From Candidatus Eremiobacteria bacterium (GTDB taxonomy: Bacteria; Vulcanimicrobiota; Vulcanimicrobiia; Vulcanimicrobiales; Vulcanimicrobiaceae), in assembly GCA_963737065.1 (NCBI GenBank), contig CAVTRC010000001.1:2272001-2336000 (forward strand): a stretch of DNA of 64,000 nucleotides. Direction: 5' to 3'. This document shows, one piece after another, positions 20,450 to 30,611 of the stretch. Positions within the stretch are counted from its first letter, which is position 1; each line of letters opens with the position of its first letter. A program made the position numbers and the translations under genes. The notes beneath the pieces were generated by a model. The model was not told where the DNA came from and searched no databases. It was given only the letters and a program-made list of their open reading frames with translations.

Positions 20450-21333
20450 TGCATGATATCGAACCGACGGGCGCGGACTTGCACGAAGACGGCTCGTTCG
20501 CGAGCCTCTACCATGCATTGCGTCCGCAGTGCGAAGCGCTGATCGCGCAGTATCCGGAGAAACGGTCGGCCCTTTTGCCGTTGATGCACCTCTTTCAAGA
20601 ACATGAGGGATACGTCTCGCAGAACGCAATGCGCGCCGCCGCGGAAATGCTCGACATCTCGCCGGCGGTCGTCGAATCGACCGTGTCGTTCTACACGTTG
20701 TTCTTCCGCAAGCCCGTCGGCAAGTACATGCTGCAAGTTTGCCGTGGATTGATGTGCGAACTGCGCGACGCGGACGATATCATGGCATACGTTCGTGAGA
20801 AGCTCGGCATTGGCCATCTCGAGACGACGGACGACGGGATTTTCTCATACGAAGAAGTCGAATGCCTTGCCGCCTGCGATCGGGCGACGTGCATGCAGGT
20901 CAACTTGGAATTCGTTTACGATCTGACGCCGCAGATGATCGACGATATGATCGCGGCCATGCGCGCGGGCACGTACAAAACGAAGTCGATGGCGCAAACC
21001 GCCAAGCCGCAACGCACGTGGAAGGTTGCGCAGGACGCGCAGATCAGTACGGGACGCAAATCGCCCGGGACGCTGAATTCGAGCGAACCGAATAATGCGG
21101 GCGGAATCGGCGATCCGAGCGGCATCATCATGCTCGACCGCTTCGTCACGCGCGACGTCTCCTTCACGGGGCGCACGAAAGAGCGCACGGTTCGCGATGC
21201 GCGCGGCGTGTATGAAATTGCTGAAGACGAAGCGGCGCCCGATGAGGCGCGCGCAGCCGAAGGCGCAGCGCCTGTTGAACCACCGGGGTCCCTAGCCGAC
21301 GTAGATCGATTGGGTGAGTATGCCGGTCACTAA
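20449..21333 (+). CDS. nuoE: NADH-quinone oxidoreductase subunit E with long C-terminal extension
   Basis: RSALLPLMH, VSFYTLF, VCRGLMC...ECLAAC (2Fe-2S N1a). Start ATG 20449 overlaps the nuoD stop. Confidence 0.92.
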   Translation: MHDIEPTGADLHEDGSFASLYHALRPQCEALIAQYPEKRSALLPLMHLFQEHEGYVSQNAMRAAAEMLDISPAVVESTVSFYTLFFRKPVGKYMLQVCRGLMCELRDADDIMAYVREKLGIGHLETTDDGIFSYEEVECLAACDRATCMQVNLEFVYDLTPQMIDDMIAAMRAGTYKTKSMAQTAKPQRTWKVAQDAQISTGRKSPGTLNSSEPNNAGGIGDPSGIIMLDRFVTRDVSFTGRTKERTVRDARGVYEIAEDEAAPDEARAAEGAAPVEPPGSLADVDRLGEYAGH

Positions 21334-22582
21334 AGTGCTCACCGCGGGAATCGGCGAGGCGAATTTGCGCGATATAGACGTGTATCGCGCGCGCGGCGGA
21401 TATCGGCAGTGGGAACGCGCCGTGCGCGATCTCACGCCTGCGGCCGTGATGGAAGCATGCGATAAATCAGGATTGCGCGGACGCGGCGGCGCGGGCTTCC
21501 CGACCGGGCGCAAGTGGCAGTTTTTGCCGAACAACGGCAAGACGCGTTACATGGTGTGCAACTGCGACGAAGCTGAGCCCGGTACGTTCAAAGACCACAT
21601 GCTGCTCGAGCAGACGCCGCATCTGGTGCTCGAGGGCATCTTGATCGGTGCATACGGCATCGGTTGCAGCCATGCGTTCATCTATATCCGCGGTGAGTTC
21701 AAGGAAGGGTACGAAATCTTTATGCGCGCGGTCGCTGAAGCGCGCGCTGCGGGATTGATCGGCCGGAATCTCTTCGGAACGCAGTACGGCGTTGAGATTA
21801 CCGTGCACCGCGGCGCGGGCGCATATATTTGCGGCGAAGAAACCGCGCTGCTCAACTCGCTCGAGGGCAAGCGCGGTGAGCCGCGTCTGAAGCCGCCCTT
21901 CCCCGCCGTTGCGGGCCTGTATGGGATGCCGACCGTCGTAAACAACGTTGAGACGCTCGCGTATTTGGTCCCCATTCTGCAGAACGGTTGGGAGTGGTTC
22001 GCATCGGTCGGAACGGAGCGCAGTAAGGGTTACAAGATCGTTTCCGTTTCCGGTCACGTGCAGAAGCCGGGCAACTACGAAGTACCGCTCGGAACGCCCG
22101 TGCGCGAGATCATCGAGATTGCCGGCGGACTGCTGCCGGGACGCACATTCATGGCCGTGCAGCCCGGCGGCCAATCGTCGGCGTGCATTTTCGAAGAGCA
22201 TCTCGATTTTCCGTACGACTATGAGTCGATGGCGAAGGCAGGTTCGATGCTGGGTTCCGGAGCCTTTACCGTGTTCGACGACACGACCGATTGGGTGAAA
22301 GCCGCCCGTAACTCGATCCGTTTCTACGCGCACGAATCGTGCGGCCAATGCACGCCGTGCCGTGAAGGCGGACACTGGCTCGAACGCGTGCTCGACCGTT
22401 TCGTCGAAGGTTACGGTATACGCGGCGATCTCGACATGATCCGGCGCGTCAGCACGACGATTACCGGATTGAATCTCTGCGCGCTCGGCGATTCCATCGA
22501 GCCGTTTTTGATGTCCGTCTTCAAGCGCTTCCCCGAAGCGTTCGAAGCGCGCGTACGTAATGAAGAAGCAGTAGGAGTATGA
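21314..22582 (+). CDS. nuoF: NADH-quinone oxidoreductase subunit F
   Basis: SGLRGRGGAGFPTG, DEAEPGTFKD, GAGAYICGEETAL, ESCGQCTPCREG. Confidence 0.97.
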   Translation: MSMPVTKVLTAGIGEANLRDIDVYRARGGYRQWERAVRDLTPAAVMEACDKSGLRGRGGAGFPTGRKWQFLPNNGKTRYMVCNCDEAEPGTFKDHMLLEQTPHLVLEGILIGAYGIGCSHAFIYIRGEFKEGYEIFMRAVAEARAAGLIGRNLFGTQYGVEITVHRGAGAYICGEETALLNSLEGKRGEPRLKPPFPAVAGLYGMPTVVNNVETLAYLVPILQNGWEWFASVGTERSKGYKIVSVSGHVQKPGNYEVPLGTPVREIIEIAGGLLPGRTFMAVQPGGQSSACIFEEHLDFPYDYESMAKAGSMLGSGAFTVFDDTTDWVKAARNSIRFYAHESCGQCTPCREGGHWLERVLDRFVEGYGIRGDLDMIRRVSTTITGLNLCALGDSIEPFLMSVFKRFPEAFEARVRNEEAVGV

Positions 22583-24573
22583 ACCGGCCCGAACAACTGG
22601 TGTCGCTGACGATCGATGGTGTGCCGTTGCAAGTTCCGAAGGGAACGTTGCTGGTCGAAGCGGCCAAGAACATCAAGCAAGAGATTCCGGTCTATTGCTA
22701 TCACACGAAGCTTGGTCCGGCCGGGCTGTGTCGTGTGTGTTTGGTCGAAATCGAAGGGATGCCGAAGCTGCAGATCGCGTGCAACACGCCGGTCGCCGAC
22801 GGCATGGTCGTGCACACGCAAAACGACAAGGTAAATGCGGGCCGCGGCATGATCCTCGAACTGTTGCTCGTGAATCATCCGTTGGATTGCCCGATCTGCG
22901 ATAAAGGGGGCGAATGCGATCTGCAGGACTACGCGATGGCGTACGGCCGCGGCGCGTCCGACCTTGCCGATCCGAAGCTCGCGAAGCCGAAAGGAGTCGA
23001 TCTCGGCCCGACGATCGTTTTAGACGAGGAGCGCTGCGTCGTGTGTCAGCGTTGCGTGCGCTTCGACGACATCATCGCCGCCGAGCATCAACTCGTCGTC
23101 AAGGACCGCGGCCATCACGACATCATCGCTACATCGACGGGCGATCCGTATCGTCACAATTTCACCGGAAACGTCACCGAACTTTGTCCCGTCGGTGCAC
23201 TGACGTCCAAGACGTATCGCTTTAAATCGCGTCCGTGGGATCTCAATCGCGTGCAGACGAGCTGTCAGCAATGCGCGGTCGGATGCCAGCAATTCGTCGA
23301 TTCGCGTGCGGGCAGCATCCTGCGCACGATGATCGTCGAGACCGACGACAAGATCTCCGACGGATGGCTCTGCGATCGCGGACGCTACAACATCGGGTTC
23401 TATACGTCGCCCGATCGTATTTTGCAGCCGCTCTACCGGGATCCGCGCGGAGCCGAATTCATGCAGATCGGCTGGGACGACGCCTTCACGTTATGGGCGA
23501 AAGCGATCGGCGATGCGAAATCCGCCAACCAAGGAGTCGGTGCGATCGGCGGCGGGCGCTTATTGAACGAAGAAGCGTATCTTCTGCAGCTCGTATTCCG
23601 TTCGCTCGGCAGCGAAAATCTCGATTGGCGCGGCGGACGCCAGCGGGTCGCAACACCCGTACGGAGCGCTTCGTACGAAGATATCGAAAAAGCGGCGGCG
23701 ATCATTATCGCCGGTGAAACACCCGAGGAACGCGCGCCCGTTATGTGGCTGCGCGTCGTCAAAGCCGTAACGCGCAACAACGCGAAACTCGTTCGCTTGA
23801 CGTCGCTCGATCGCGCGCCGAACCTGCCGTTCGTCGACGCCGCAAGCATCGATGACGCCCTCCGTGCGCTGCCGCCTGAAGGGAACGTCGTCGTCATTTG
23901 GGACGGCATCGATACGCAACTCGGCGACGGCCTGCGCAGCATGCTCACCTCGCGCAACGGCGGCGCGCTTATTGCGAGCGAACAGCCCAACGCGCGCGGT
24001 GCCGAAGCGATGGGAATGCTGCCGCAGAACGGCGGCATGGATTCGCTCGCAATGTTTGAGGCCGCACGGCGCGGTGAGATCGGCGTGCTCTCGCTCTTCG
24101 GCGTGAATCCCGCGCGCAACGGAATCGATACGGCCGCCGTACGTGAAGCGCTGCAGAAAACGCCGCTCGTTGTGGTCAGCGAGCTGTTCATGACCGAGAC
24201 CGCCGAACTCGCGACCCTCGTGCTTCCCGCGCGCGCGGCGTTTGAGAAGAGCGGAACGTCGATCGATATCGCGGGCGATTTGATTCCGGTCAATGGGCCC
24301 GTGCAAGGCCCCGTCGGCACGTTGAGCGATTTCGAGATGCTGATCGGTCTCGCGCAGCACCTCAACGTACCGTTGCCGACGACCGAAGAACTCGAACGGA
24401 CGGTGCTTTCGCGCACCGCCCAGCATGTCGGCTCGCCGTCCGGCGATGCCGTTCGCGTCGAAGGACGCCCGGCGCGCAGCATCTGGGACGGCGGCGGCAC
24501 CGCCGCGCACGACGAACGCATTGCGGCGCTGCGCGCCGATCGTATCGTGCCGACGGAGTTGGTGGAAGCGTAA
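22579..24573 (+). CDS. nuoG: NADH-quinone oxidoreductase subunit G
   Basis: YCY...CRVCLV...AC, HPLDCPICDKGGECDLQ, CVVCQRCVRF, CPVGAL, N7-type CQQCAVGC...C. Confidence 0.95.
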   Translation: MNRPEQLVSLTIDGVPLQVPKGTLLVEAAKNIKQEIPVYCYHTKLGPAGLCRVCLVEIEGMPKLQIACNTPVADGMVVHTQNDKVNAGRGMILELLLVNHPLDCPICDKGGECDLQDYAMAYGRGASDLADPKLAKPKGVDLGPTIVLDEERCVVCQRCVRFDDIIAAEHQLVVKDRGHHDIIATSTGDPYRHNFTGNVTELCPVGALTSKTYRFKSRPWDLNRVQTSCQQCAVGCQQFVDSRAGSILRTMIVETDDKISDGWLCDRGRYNIGFYTSPDRILQPLYRDPRGAEFMQIGWDDAFTLWAKAIGDAKSANQGVGAIGGGRLLNEEAYLLQLVFRSLGSENLDWRGGRQRVATPVRSASYEDIEKAAAIIIAGETPEERAPVMWLRVVKAVTRNNAKLVRLTSLDRAPNLPFVDAASIDDALRALPPEGNVVVIWDGIDTQLGDGLRSMLTSRNGGALIASEQPNARGAEAMGMLPQNGGMDSLAMFEAARRGEIGVLSLFGVNPARNGIDTAAVREALQKTPLVVVSELFMTETAELATLVLPARAAFEKSGTSIDIAGDLIPVNGPVQGPVGTLSDFEMLIGLAQHLNVPLPTTEELERTVLSRTAQHVGSPSGDAVRVEGRPARSIWDGGGTAAHDERIAALRADRIVPTELVEA

Positions 24574-25559
24574 TGCCCGATTGGGTCATCGTTCTCATCA
24601 AGTCCGCGATACTGCTCTTCGTGGTCGTCACGACGTTCGCGTACGCGATGCTCGCGGAGCGCAAGGTGCTAGGCTGGATGCAATTGCGTCCTGGTCCAAA
24701 CCGCGTCGGTCCGTGGGGTATGCTCCAACCTGCAGCCGATGCAGCGAAGCTCATTCTGAAAGAAGATCTCACGCCTCGCACGGCCGATCCGCTGATCTAC
24801 CGCCTTGCGCCATTCATCTCGCTGCTGACGGCATTTTCGGTCTACGCGATCATCCCGTTCGGCGCGAGCAGCGCCGGCACGTGGGCAATCGGGAACGTGA
24901 ACGCCGGGATTTTGTTCTTGCTCGCGATTACGTCGATCGGCGTCTACGGCATCACGCTCGGCGGCTGGGCATCGGGATCGAAGTATCCGTTGCTTGGCAG
25001 CGTGCGCGCCACCGCGCAGATGATCAGCTACGAACTCGGGATGTCGCTCTCGTTCATCGGCGTCTTGATTCTCGCCGGTACGACGTCGCTCGACGGTATC
25101 GTGAACGCGCAGACGAAGTGGTGGTTCATTTTGCCGCAGTTCGTCGGCTTCATCGTCTACATCATCACGGCCGTCGCGGAAACCAATCGCGTGCCGTTCG
25201 ATCTCGTCGAAGCGGAGACCGAACTCGTCGCCGGATTTCATACGGAGTACTCGGGCTTGCGCTTCGGATTATTCTTCATCGCCGAGTACGTGAATATGCT
25301 CACCGTGTCGTGCATCGCGTCGTTGCTGTTCCTCGGCGGCTGGAACGCACCGTTCGGCCTCGAGAACCTACACGTTCCGGGCATCGTCTGGTTCATCATC
25401 AAGGTCGCGTTCTTCATGTTCTTCTACATGTGGCTGCGCGCGACGCTACCGCGCTTCCGCTACGACCGCCTCATGGCGTTCGGCTGGAAGTTTCTGCTTC
25501 CGCTCGCCACGCTGAATCTCGTCGTAACGGCGATCGTCGTCGCGTACGTGGGACACTGA
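24573..25559 (+). CDS. nuoH: NADH-quinone oxidoreductase subunit H
   Basis: ERKVLGWMQLRPGPNRVG, AQMISYE, AETNRVPFDLVEAETELVAG, PRFRYD. Confidence 0.97.
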   Translation: MPDWVIVLIKSAILLFVVVTTFAYAMLAERKVLGWMQLRPGPNRVGPWGMLQPAADAAKLILKEDLTPRTADPLIYRLAPFISLLTAFSVYAIIPFGASSAGTWAIGNVNAGILFLLAITSIGVYGITLGGWASGSKYPLLGSVRATAQMISYELGMSLSFIGVLILAGTTSLDGIVNAQTKWWFILPQFVGFIVYIITAVAETNRVPFDLVEAETELVAGFHTEYSGLRFGLFFIAEYVNMLTVSCIASLLFLGGWNAPFGLENLHVPGIVWFIIKVAFFMFFYMWLRATLPRFRYDRLMAFGWKFLLPLATLNLVVTAIVVAYVGH

Positions 25560-25620
25560 GGATGCCTCCAATGAACTGCTTCAACCGATCGTTTGTGACG
25601 ATTTCATCGGAGGCCTCCTA

Positions 25621-26232
25621 ATGCGCAAGCATCTCTACAACGTCGGCGCGATCTTGAAGGGACTCTCGATTACGTTCAAGTTCATGTTTGCGAAACGTCC
25701 GACGATCGAATACCCGTCGGTGAAAAAGCAGCACGCGCCGCGTTTTCACGGCCTGCACGAACTGCGCCGCTATGCGGACGGTAAGGAACGCTGCATCGGC
25801 TGCGAGCTTTGTTCGAGCGCATGTCCCGCAAACGCAATCACCGTTATCGGTGCCGAGAACACGCCCGAAGACCGTAAGTCGCCGGGCGAACGTCACGCCG
25901 CGCGCTACGAGATCGACGAGCTACGCTGCATCTTCTGCGGGATGTGTGAAGAGGCGTGTCCGACCGATGCAATCGTGTTGACGCCGCGCTTCGAGATGTC
26001 CGACTATCGCCGCGGCGCGCTGATCTATTCGAAAGATCGGCTGCTCGTGCCGGCCGAGTCGGGTGTCGGCGCAGCTCCGGACGAACGTCCGAACGGCATT
26101 CCCGCCGACCTCGGTCGCGTTGCCGAGATCAAGTCGACCGTCGACGTCGACACGGGTTACGATGCGACGCACCGCGGCGAAGTGCTGAAGGTTCAACGCA
26201 AGGGCCTCGCGATGCTGAAGAGGGACGACTGA
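25621..26232 (+). CDS. nuoI: NADH-quinone oxidoreductase subunit I
   Basis: Two 4Fe-4S motifs, CIGCELCSSACP and CIFCGMCEEACP. Confidence 0.96.
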   Translation: MRKHLYNVGAILKGLSITFKFMFAKRPTIEYPSVKKQHAPRFHGLHELRRYADGKERCIGCELCSSACPANAITVIGAENTPEDRKSPGERHAARYEIDELRCIFCGMCEEACPTDAIVLTPRFEMSDYRRGALIYSKDRLLVPAESGVGAAPDERPNGIPADLGRVAEIKSTVDVDTGYDATHRGEVLKVQRKGLAMLKRDD

Positions 26233-26834
26233 TGCTCGCGTTCTGGATTCTCGGCATTATCATGATCGGCTCGGCGATGTGGTGCATCGCGAACATCAAG
26301 CCGGTGTATAGCGTCGTCGCGCTGCTGTTGAACTTTGCTGCGCTCGCGGCGATGTATTTAACGCTCAATGCCGAGTTTCTCGCCGTCATTCAAATGATCG
26401 TGTACTCCGGCGCGATTCTCATTCTGTTCCTCTTCGTCATCGCGCTACTCTCGAGCGGTGTGAGGCCGTTCTCGGTTGGCCCGAACAGGCTGCCGAAAAT
26501 CGGAATTCCGGCGGTCGTTGTGCTGCTGATCGCGCTCGGCTTTTTGACTTATGCAGTGGGCTCGAAGGCGTTCACCATGCCGGCCGGCACGATCGCGAGT
26601 TCGCCCATCGGTCCGGTGGGAAGCGCCAATGTGTTCGGTTCGGTTAGTGATTTCGGCAAGGCGCTCTTTACAACGTACTTGCTCCCGTTTGAGATCACGG
26701 CACTTGTGCTGATGGTTGCGGTCATCGGCGTCATTCTGCTCGCCGGCGACCAAACGCCGTACGTTGCAACGAAGGCACGGGCCGAAGAAGTGCGGCGCGA
26801 GATGCGCGAAGCGATTTTACGGAGCGGCGAATAA
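26232..26834 (+). CDS. nuoJ: NADH-quinone oxidoreductase subunit J
   Basis: AEFLAVIQMIVYSGAILILFLF, YLLPFE. ATG overlaps the nuoI stop. Confidence 0.94.
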   Translation: MLAFWILGIIMIGSAMWCIANIKPVYSVVALLLNFAALAAMYLTLNAEFLAVIQMIVYSGAILILFLFVIALLSSGVRPFSVGPNRLPKIGIPAVVVLLIALGFLTYAVGSKAFTMPAGTIASSPIGPVGSANVFGSVSDFGKALFTTYLLPFEITALVLMVAVIGVILLAGDQTPYVATKARAEEVRREMREAILRSGE

Positions 26835-27154
26835 TGGTTCTCCCGAACATGACCGTTCCCATTGCGGACTATGTTGCGCTTTCCGCCGTGATCTTTTTCA
26901 TCGGCGTCGCCGGCGTGGTCGTGCGGCGCAACCCACTCATCATGCTGATGGCAATCGAGCTGATGTTCAATGCCGCCAATCTGCTCTTCATCGCGTTTTC
27001 GCGAGCGTGGCTGCATAACGCGGGCCACATCTTCGCCTTCTTGGTTATCACGGTCGCCGCGGCGGAAGCCGCGATCGGTCTCGCGATCGTCGTGACCGTG
27101 TTCCGCACTGCGCGACACGTCGACGTCGACGACATCGCCTTGATGAAAGGATAG
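26834..27154 (+). CDS. nuoK: NADH-quinone oxidoreductase subunit K
   Basis: RRNPLIMLMAIELMFNAANL, VAAAEAAIGLAI. Confidence 0.96.
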   Translation: MVLPNMTVPIADYVALSAVIFFIGVAGVVVRRNPLIMLMAIELMFNAANLLFIAFSRAWLHNAGHIFAFLVITVAAAEAAIGLAIVVTVFRTARHVDVDDIALMKG

Positions 27155-27157
27155 GTC

Positions 27158-29182
27158 GTGGGTTCCGTTCATCACGTGATGGGCAACGAGGGGACGTATC
27201 CGTACCTGATTGCTCTCTGGCTCTTGCCGCTCGTCGGTGCGATTCTGAACTGGGCGTTCGGGCCGCAGTTGAAGCGGGCGGCAGGAGCGCTCGGGTCGGC
27301 GGTGATCGGTGTTGCGTTCATCGCTACGGTGCTGATGTGGGGGGCAGCCACGCAAAGCGTCTCGGCCGGCGGCGTCAATCTCGTCGGCGCGCACCAAACG
27401 CTGTTCAGCTGGCTCCCGGGATGGGATTTCGGACTGTTGATCGATCCGCTCTCACTTTTGTGGGCGTTGATCATCACAGGCGTCGGATTCCTCATTCATG
27501 TCTACTCGATGGGATATATGGACGGCGATGACGCGTTCGCGCGGTTTTTCGCGTACATGAACTTCTTCGTGTTTGCGATGCTGACGCTCGTGCTCTCCGA
27601 CAATTTCGTCGGATTGCTCGTCGGCTGGGGCCTCGTCGGGCTCGCGTCGTATTTCTTGATCGGATTTTGGTTCTTCAAACCGAGTGCCGTCGCCGCGGCG
27701 CGCAAAGCCTTTGTCATCAACGTCGTAGGCGACGTCGCGATCATGTTCGCGATCTTCGCGATTTTCGCGTCGGTGCACTCGATTACGTTCGGCGATGCGT
27801 TCGCCTTTGCGGGGTCGTACAACACCGGCTGGCTGTTCGTCATCTGCCTTGCTCTTTTCATCGGCGCGGCCGCGAAGTCGGCGCAAGTCCCGCTGCATAC
27901 GTGGCTTCCCGACGCGATGGAAGGCCCCACGCCGGTCTCGGCGCTCATTCATGCTGCGACGATGGTGACCGCGGGGGTCTATCTCGTCGCGCGCTGCGCG
28001 CCGCTATGGAGTCAGAACGGAAACGCGCAGATGCTGGTCGGCATCATCGGTGCGCTCACCGCGCTTCTCGGCGCGATCTTAGGCTGCGCGCAGTGGGACA
28101 TCAAACGCATCCTCGCCTATTCGACGATGTCGCAGATCGGCTACATGATCATGGGCGTCGGCGTCGGCGCATACGAAGGCGGCGTCGCGCACTTCTTCAC
28201 GCACGCATTCTTCAAAGCACAACTCTTCCTCGGTTCCGGCATCATCATTCACGCGCTCGGTAACGAACAAGACGTGCGACGCATGGGCGGACTCATCAAA
28301 ACCATGCCGTTTGCGTTTGTCGCAATGCTCACCGGCGTCATCGCGATCTCCGGCATTCCATTCATCGGTTCCGGCTACTTCAGCAAGGATCTCGTGATTC
28401 AAGGCGCGCTCGATCACGGACATCCGATCATGTACGCCGTTGCGCTCGTCACGGCCGGCATTACCGCCTACTACATGTGCCGGATGCTCTTCGTCACGTT
28501 CCTTGGCCAGTATCGCGGGAACGTCGATCCGTCGGAGCTCGGCATCCGGCATCCGGAACTGGCCGGTCTGCCGTCACATGCGGAAGACCAGGATTCGACA
28601 GACTCAGAACACGCGCACGATCCGCACGCACCGGCATGGCTGATGAATCTTCCCGTTGCGATTTTGATCGTGCCGACCGTGTTGATCGGTTGGCTGATGT
28701 TCGGCGGCGAAACTTCGCCGTGGTCGCACTTTTTCGCGCAGCAGTTTCCTCGCCCGGCGCTTCCCGCCGCACCGATCAGCGAGACGCTTACGGCCGTTAT
28801 TGCGTTCGTCGCCGTGCTGATCGGCATCGGAATTGCATGGATGCGCTACGGCGTCGCGCCCGCACGGCAGAATTCGGTGGAGCGTCTACGCCGGGAGTCG
28901 ATACGCATGCCCGCGCTGCTCGCGAATGCGTTCTATTTCGATTACGCCCTCGATCTGCTGTTTGTGCGCACCGCGCAACTGTTCGGAACGCTCTTCGGCC
29001 GCTTCCTCGATCCGCAGCTCATCGATGGTGCGGTACGCGAAACGGCGTTCTCGGCGCAATGGCTCGGCACGCTCGTGCGTTCGTTCCAGACGGGACTCCT
29101 GCGCACGTACGCGTTCTTGCTCGTCATCGGGGCGACGTGTTTCATGATCTACTACGCCGTCGCCATGGGAGCAATGAAGTAA
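27158..29182 (+). CDS. nuoL: NADH-quinone oxidoreductase subunit L
   Basis: KSAQVPLHTWLPDAMEGPTPVSALIHAATMV, AYSTMSQIGY, THAFFKA. Confidence 0.97.
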   Translation: MGSVHHVMGNEGTYPYLIALWLLPLVGAILNWAFGPQLKRAAGALGSAVIGVAFIATVLMWGAATQSVSAGGVNLVGAHQTLFSWLPGWDFGLLIDPLSLLWALIITGVGFLIHVYSMGYMDGDDAFARFFAYMNFFVFAMLTLVLSDNFVGLLVGWGLVGLASYFLIGFWFFKPSAVAAARKAFVINVVGDVAIMFAIFAIFASVHSITFGDAFAFAGSYNTGWLFVICLALFIGAAAKSAQVPLHTWLPDAMEGPTPVSALIHAATMVTAGVYLVARCAPLWSQNGNAQMLVGIIGALTALLGAILGCAQWDIKRILAYSTMSQIGYMIMGVGVGAYEGGVAHFFTHAFFKAQLFLGSGIIIHALGNEQDVRRMGGLIKTMPFAFVAMLTGVIAISGIPFIGSGYFSKDLVIQGALDHGHPIMYAVALVTAGITAYYMCRMLFVTFLGQYRGNVDPSELGIRHPELAGLPSHAEDQDSTDSEHAHDPHAPAWLMNLPVAILIVPTVLIGWLMFGGETSPWSHFFAQQFPRPALPAAPISETLTAVIAFVAVLIGIGIAWMRYGVAPARQNSVERLRRESIRMPALLANAFYFDYALDLLFVRTAQLFGTLFGRFLDPQLIDGAVRETAFSAQWLGTLVRSFQTGLLRTYAFLLVIGATCFMIYYAVAMGAMK

Positions 29183-29183
29183 A

Positions 29184-30611
29184 GTGGTTGTCATCGCACT
29201 GATCCTGCTCCCGATCGTCGCCGGCATTATTGCGCTTGCGCTTCCGGTGCGCGAAGAGCATCCGCTGCTCGCCAAGAGCATTGGTACGGTTGTCGCATCG
29301 ATCGAGTTCGTGCTTGCCATCGGTTCGCGCAACTCGGAGTTTAGTTTGCGCCCGTGGCTCTCGCGTCCGTTCGAATCATCGTTCCACTTTGGTTCGACCG
29401 GCATTTCGTTCTGGATCGTGCTGCTGCTCGCCATCTGCACTTTCTCGGCGATTCTCGCGATGAGCGTGCCGCGTCAACGGCAATTCGTCGGCCACATGCT
29501 GATTCTCGAAGGCACGATGATGGGCGTGTTTCTTGCAAAGGATTTACTCGTCTTTGCGCTCTTCTGGGATCTCATGCTCTTGCCGGTGTTCTTCGGTCTC
29601 CTGGGCTGGGGCGAGCACCCGGCGACTGCGTGGCGGTACTTCATCTATAACTTCGCCGGCGGTTTGACGCTATTGCTTGCAACAGCGGCGTTTGGCGTGC
29701 TGTTCGGTTCGACGGACGTCATCGGGCGCGGCGACGTCCACGTCGTCGGTGCGTGGGTGCCGTGGATCTTTATCGGCTTCGCCTTCGCATTCTTGGTGAA
29801 GACGCCGGTGTGGCCGCTCCATACGTGGATGCCGCTGACGTATACCAATCTGCCGGCACCGATGGTGGCCGTCGTAAGCTCGGTGCAGTCGAAGGCGGGT
29901 CTCTACGGGTTGATCGTCGTCTGCATGGCCTTCATGCCGGACTACCTGAAAGCATACGCGATCGTCCTGATCGTGCTCGGCGTCATTTCGCTGCTCTACG
30001 GCGCGGTCGTCGCGCTCGTGCAAAACGATTCGAAGCGCATCGTCGCGTATTCATCGCTGTCGCACTTGGGACTCATCGTGGCGGCGATTTGCTCGTTCAA
30101 TCCCGTTGCGCTCCAAGGCGCCATCATTTACATCATCGCGCACGGCCTCTTCTCCGCGGCGTTATTCCTTACGCTCGGATACGTCGAAGCGCGCGAGGAC
30201 ACGCGTTCGCTGGTTCGCCTCGGTGGGCTCGGTGCCGCGAATCCGAAGCTCGCCGGCGCATTGTGCATCGCTTCGCTTGCCGCGCTCGGACTTCCGGGGC
30301 TTGCGGGATTCGTCGGCGAGATCGTTATTCTAACCGGCCTCTTCCAATCCGGACTGATCTGGGTGGCGATCGTCGCGCTCATCCCGATCGTGATCGCGGC
30401 CGCGTACATGCTGCGCTTATTCCAAGGCATCATGAATGGCGCGGAAGTTGAAGATCTGCCGGTGCGGCGCGACTTGAGTTGGGTCGAGGGCATAGCGCTC
30501 GCGCCGCTCGTGGTTGCGCTCGTGGTGCTCGGCGTAAATCCGCATGCGCTTACGACGTTCGATCCGGCGCACTACAACGCGACGCGCGTTGCGCAAGGAC
30601 TGACCCGATGA
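29184..30611 (+). CDS. nuoM: NADH-quinone oxidoreductase subunit M
   Basis: VKTPVWPLHTW, VAYSSLSHLG, AHGL, GLPGLAGFVGE. Confidence 0.95.
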   Translation: MVVIALILLPIVAGIIALALPVREEHPLLAKSIGTVVASIEFVLAIGSRNSEFSLRPWLSRPFESSFHFGSTGISFWIVLLLAICTFSAILAMSVPRQRQFVGHMLILEGTMMGVFLAKDLLVFALFWDLMLLPVFFGLLGWGEHPATAWRYFIYNFAGGLTLLLATAAFGVLFGSTDVIGRGDVHVVGAWVPWIFIGFAFAFLVKTPVWPLHTWMPLTYTNLPAPMVAVVSSVQSKAGLYGLIVVCMAFMPDYLKAYAIVLIVLGVISLLYGAVVALVQNDSKRIVAYSSLSHLGLIVAAICSFNPVALQGAIIYIIAHGLFSAALFLTLGYVEAREDTRSLVRLGGLGAANPKLAGALCIASLAALGLPGLAGFVGEIVILTGLFQSGLIWVAIVALIPIVIAAAYMLRLFQGIMNGAEVEDLPVRRDLSWVEGIALAPLVVALVVLGVNPHALTTFDPAHYNATRVAQGLTR

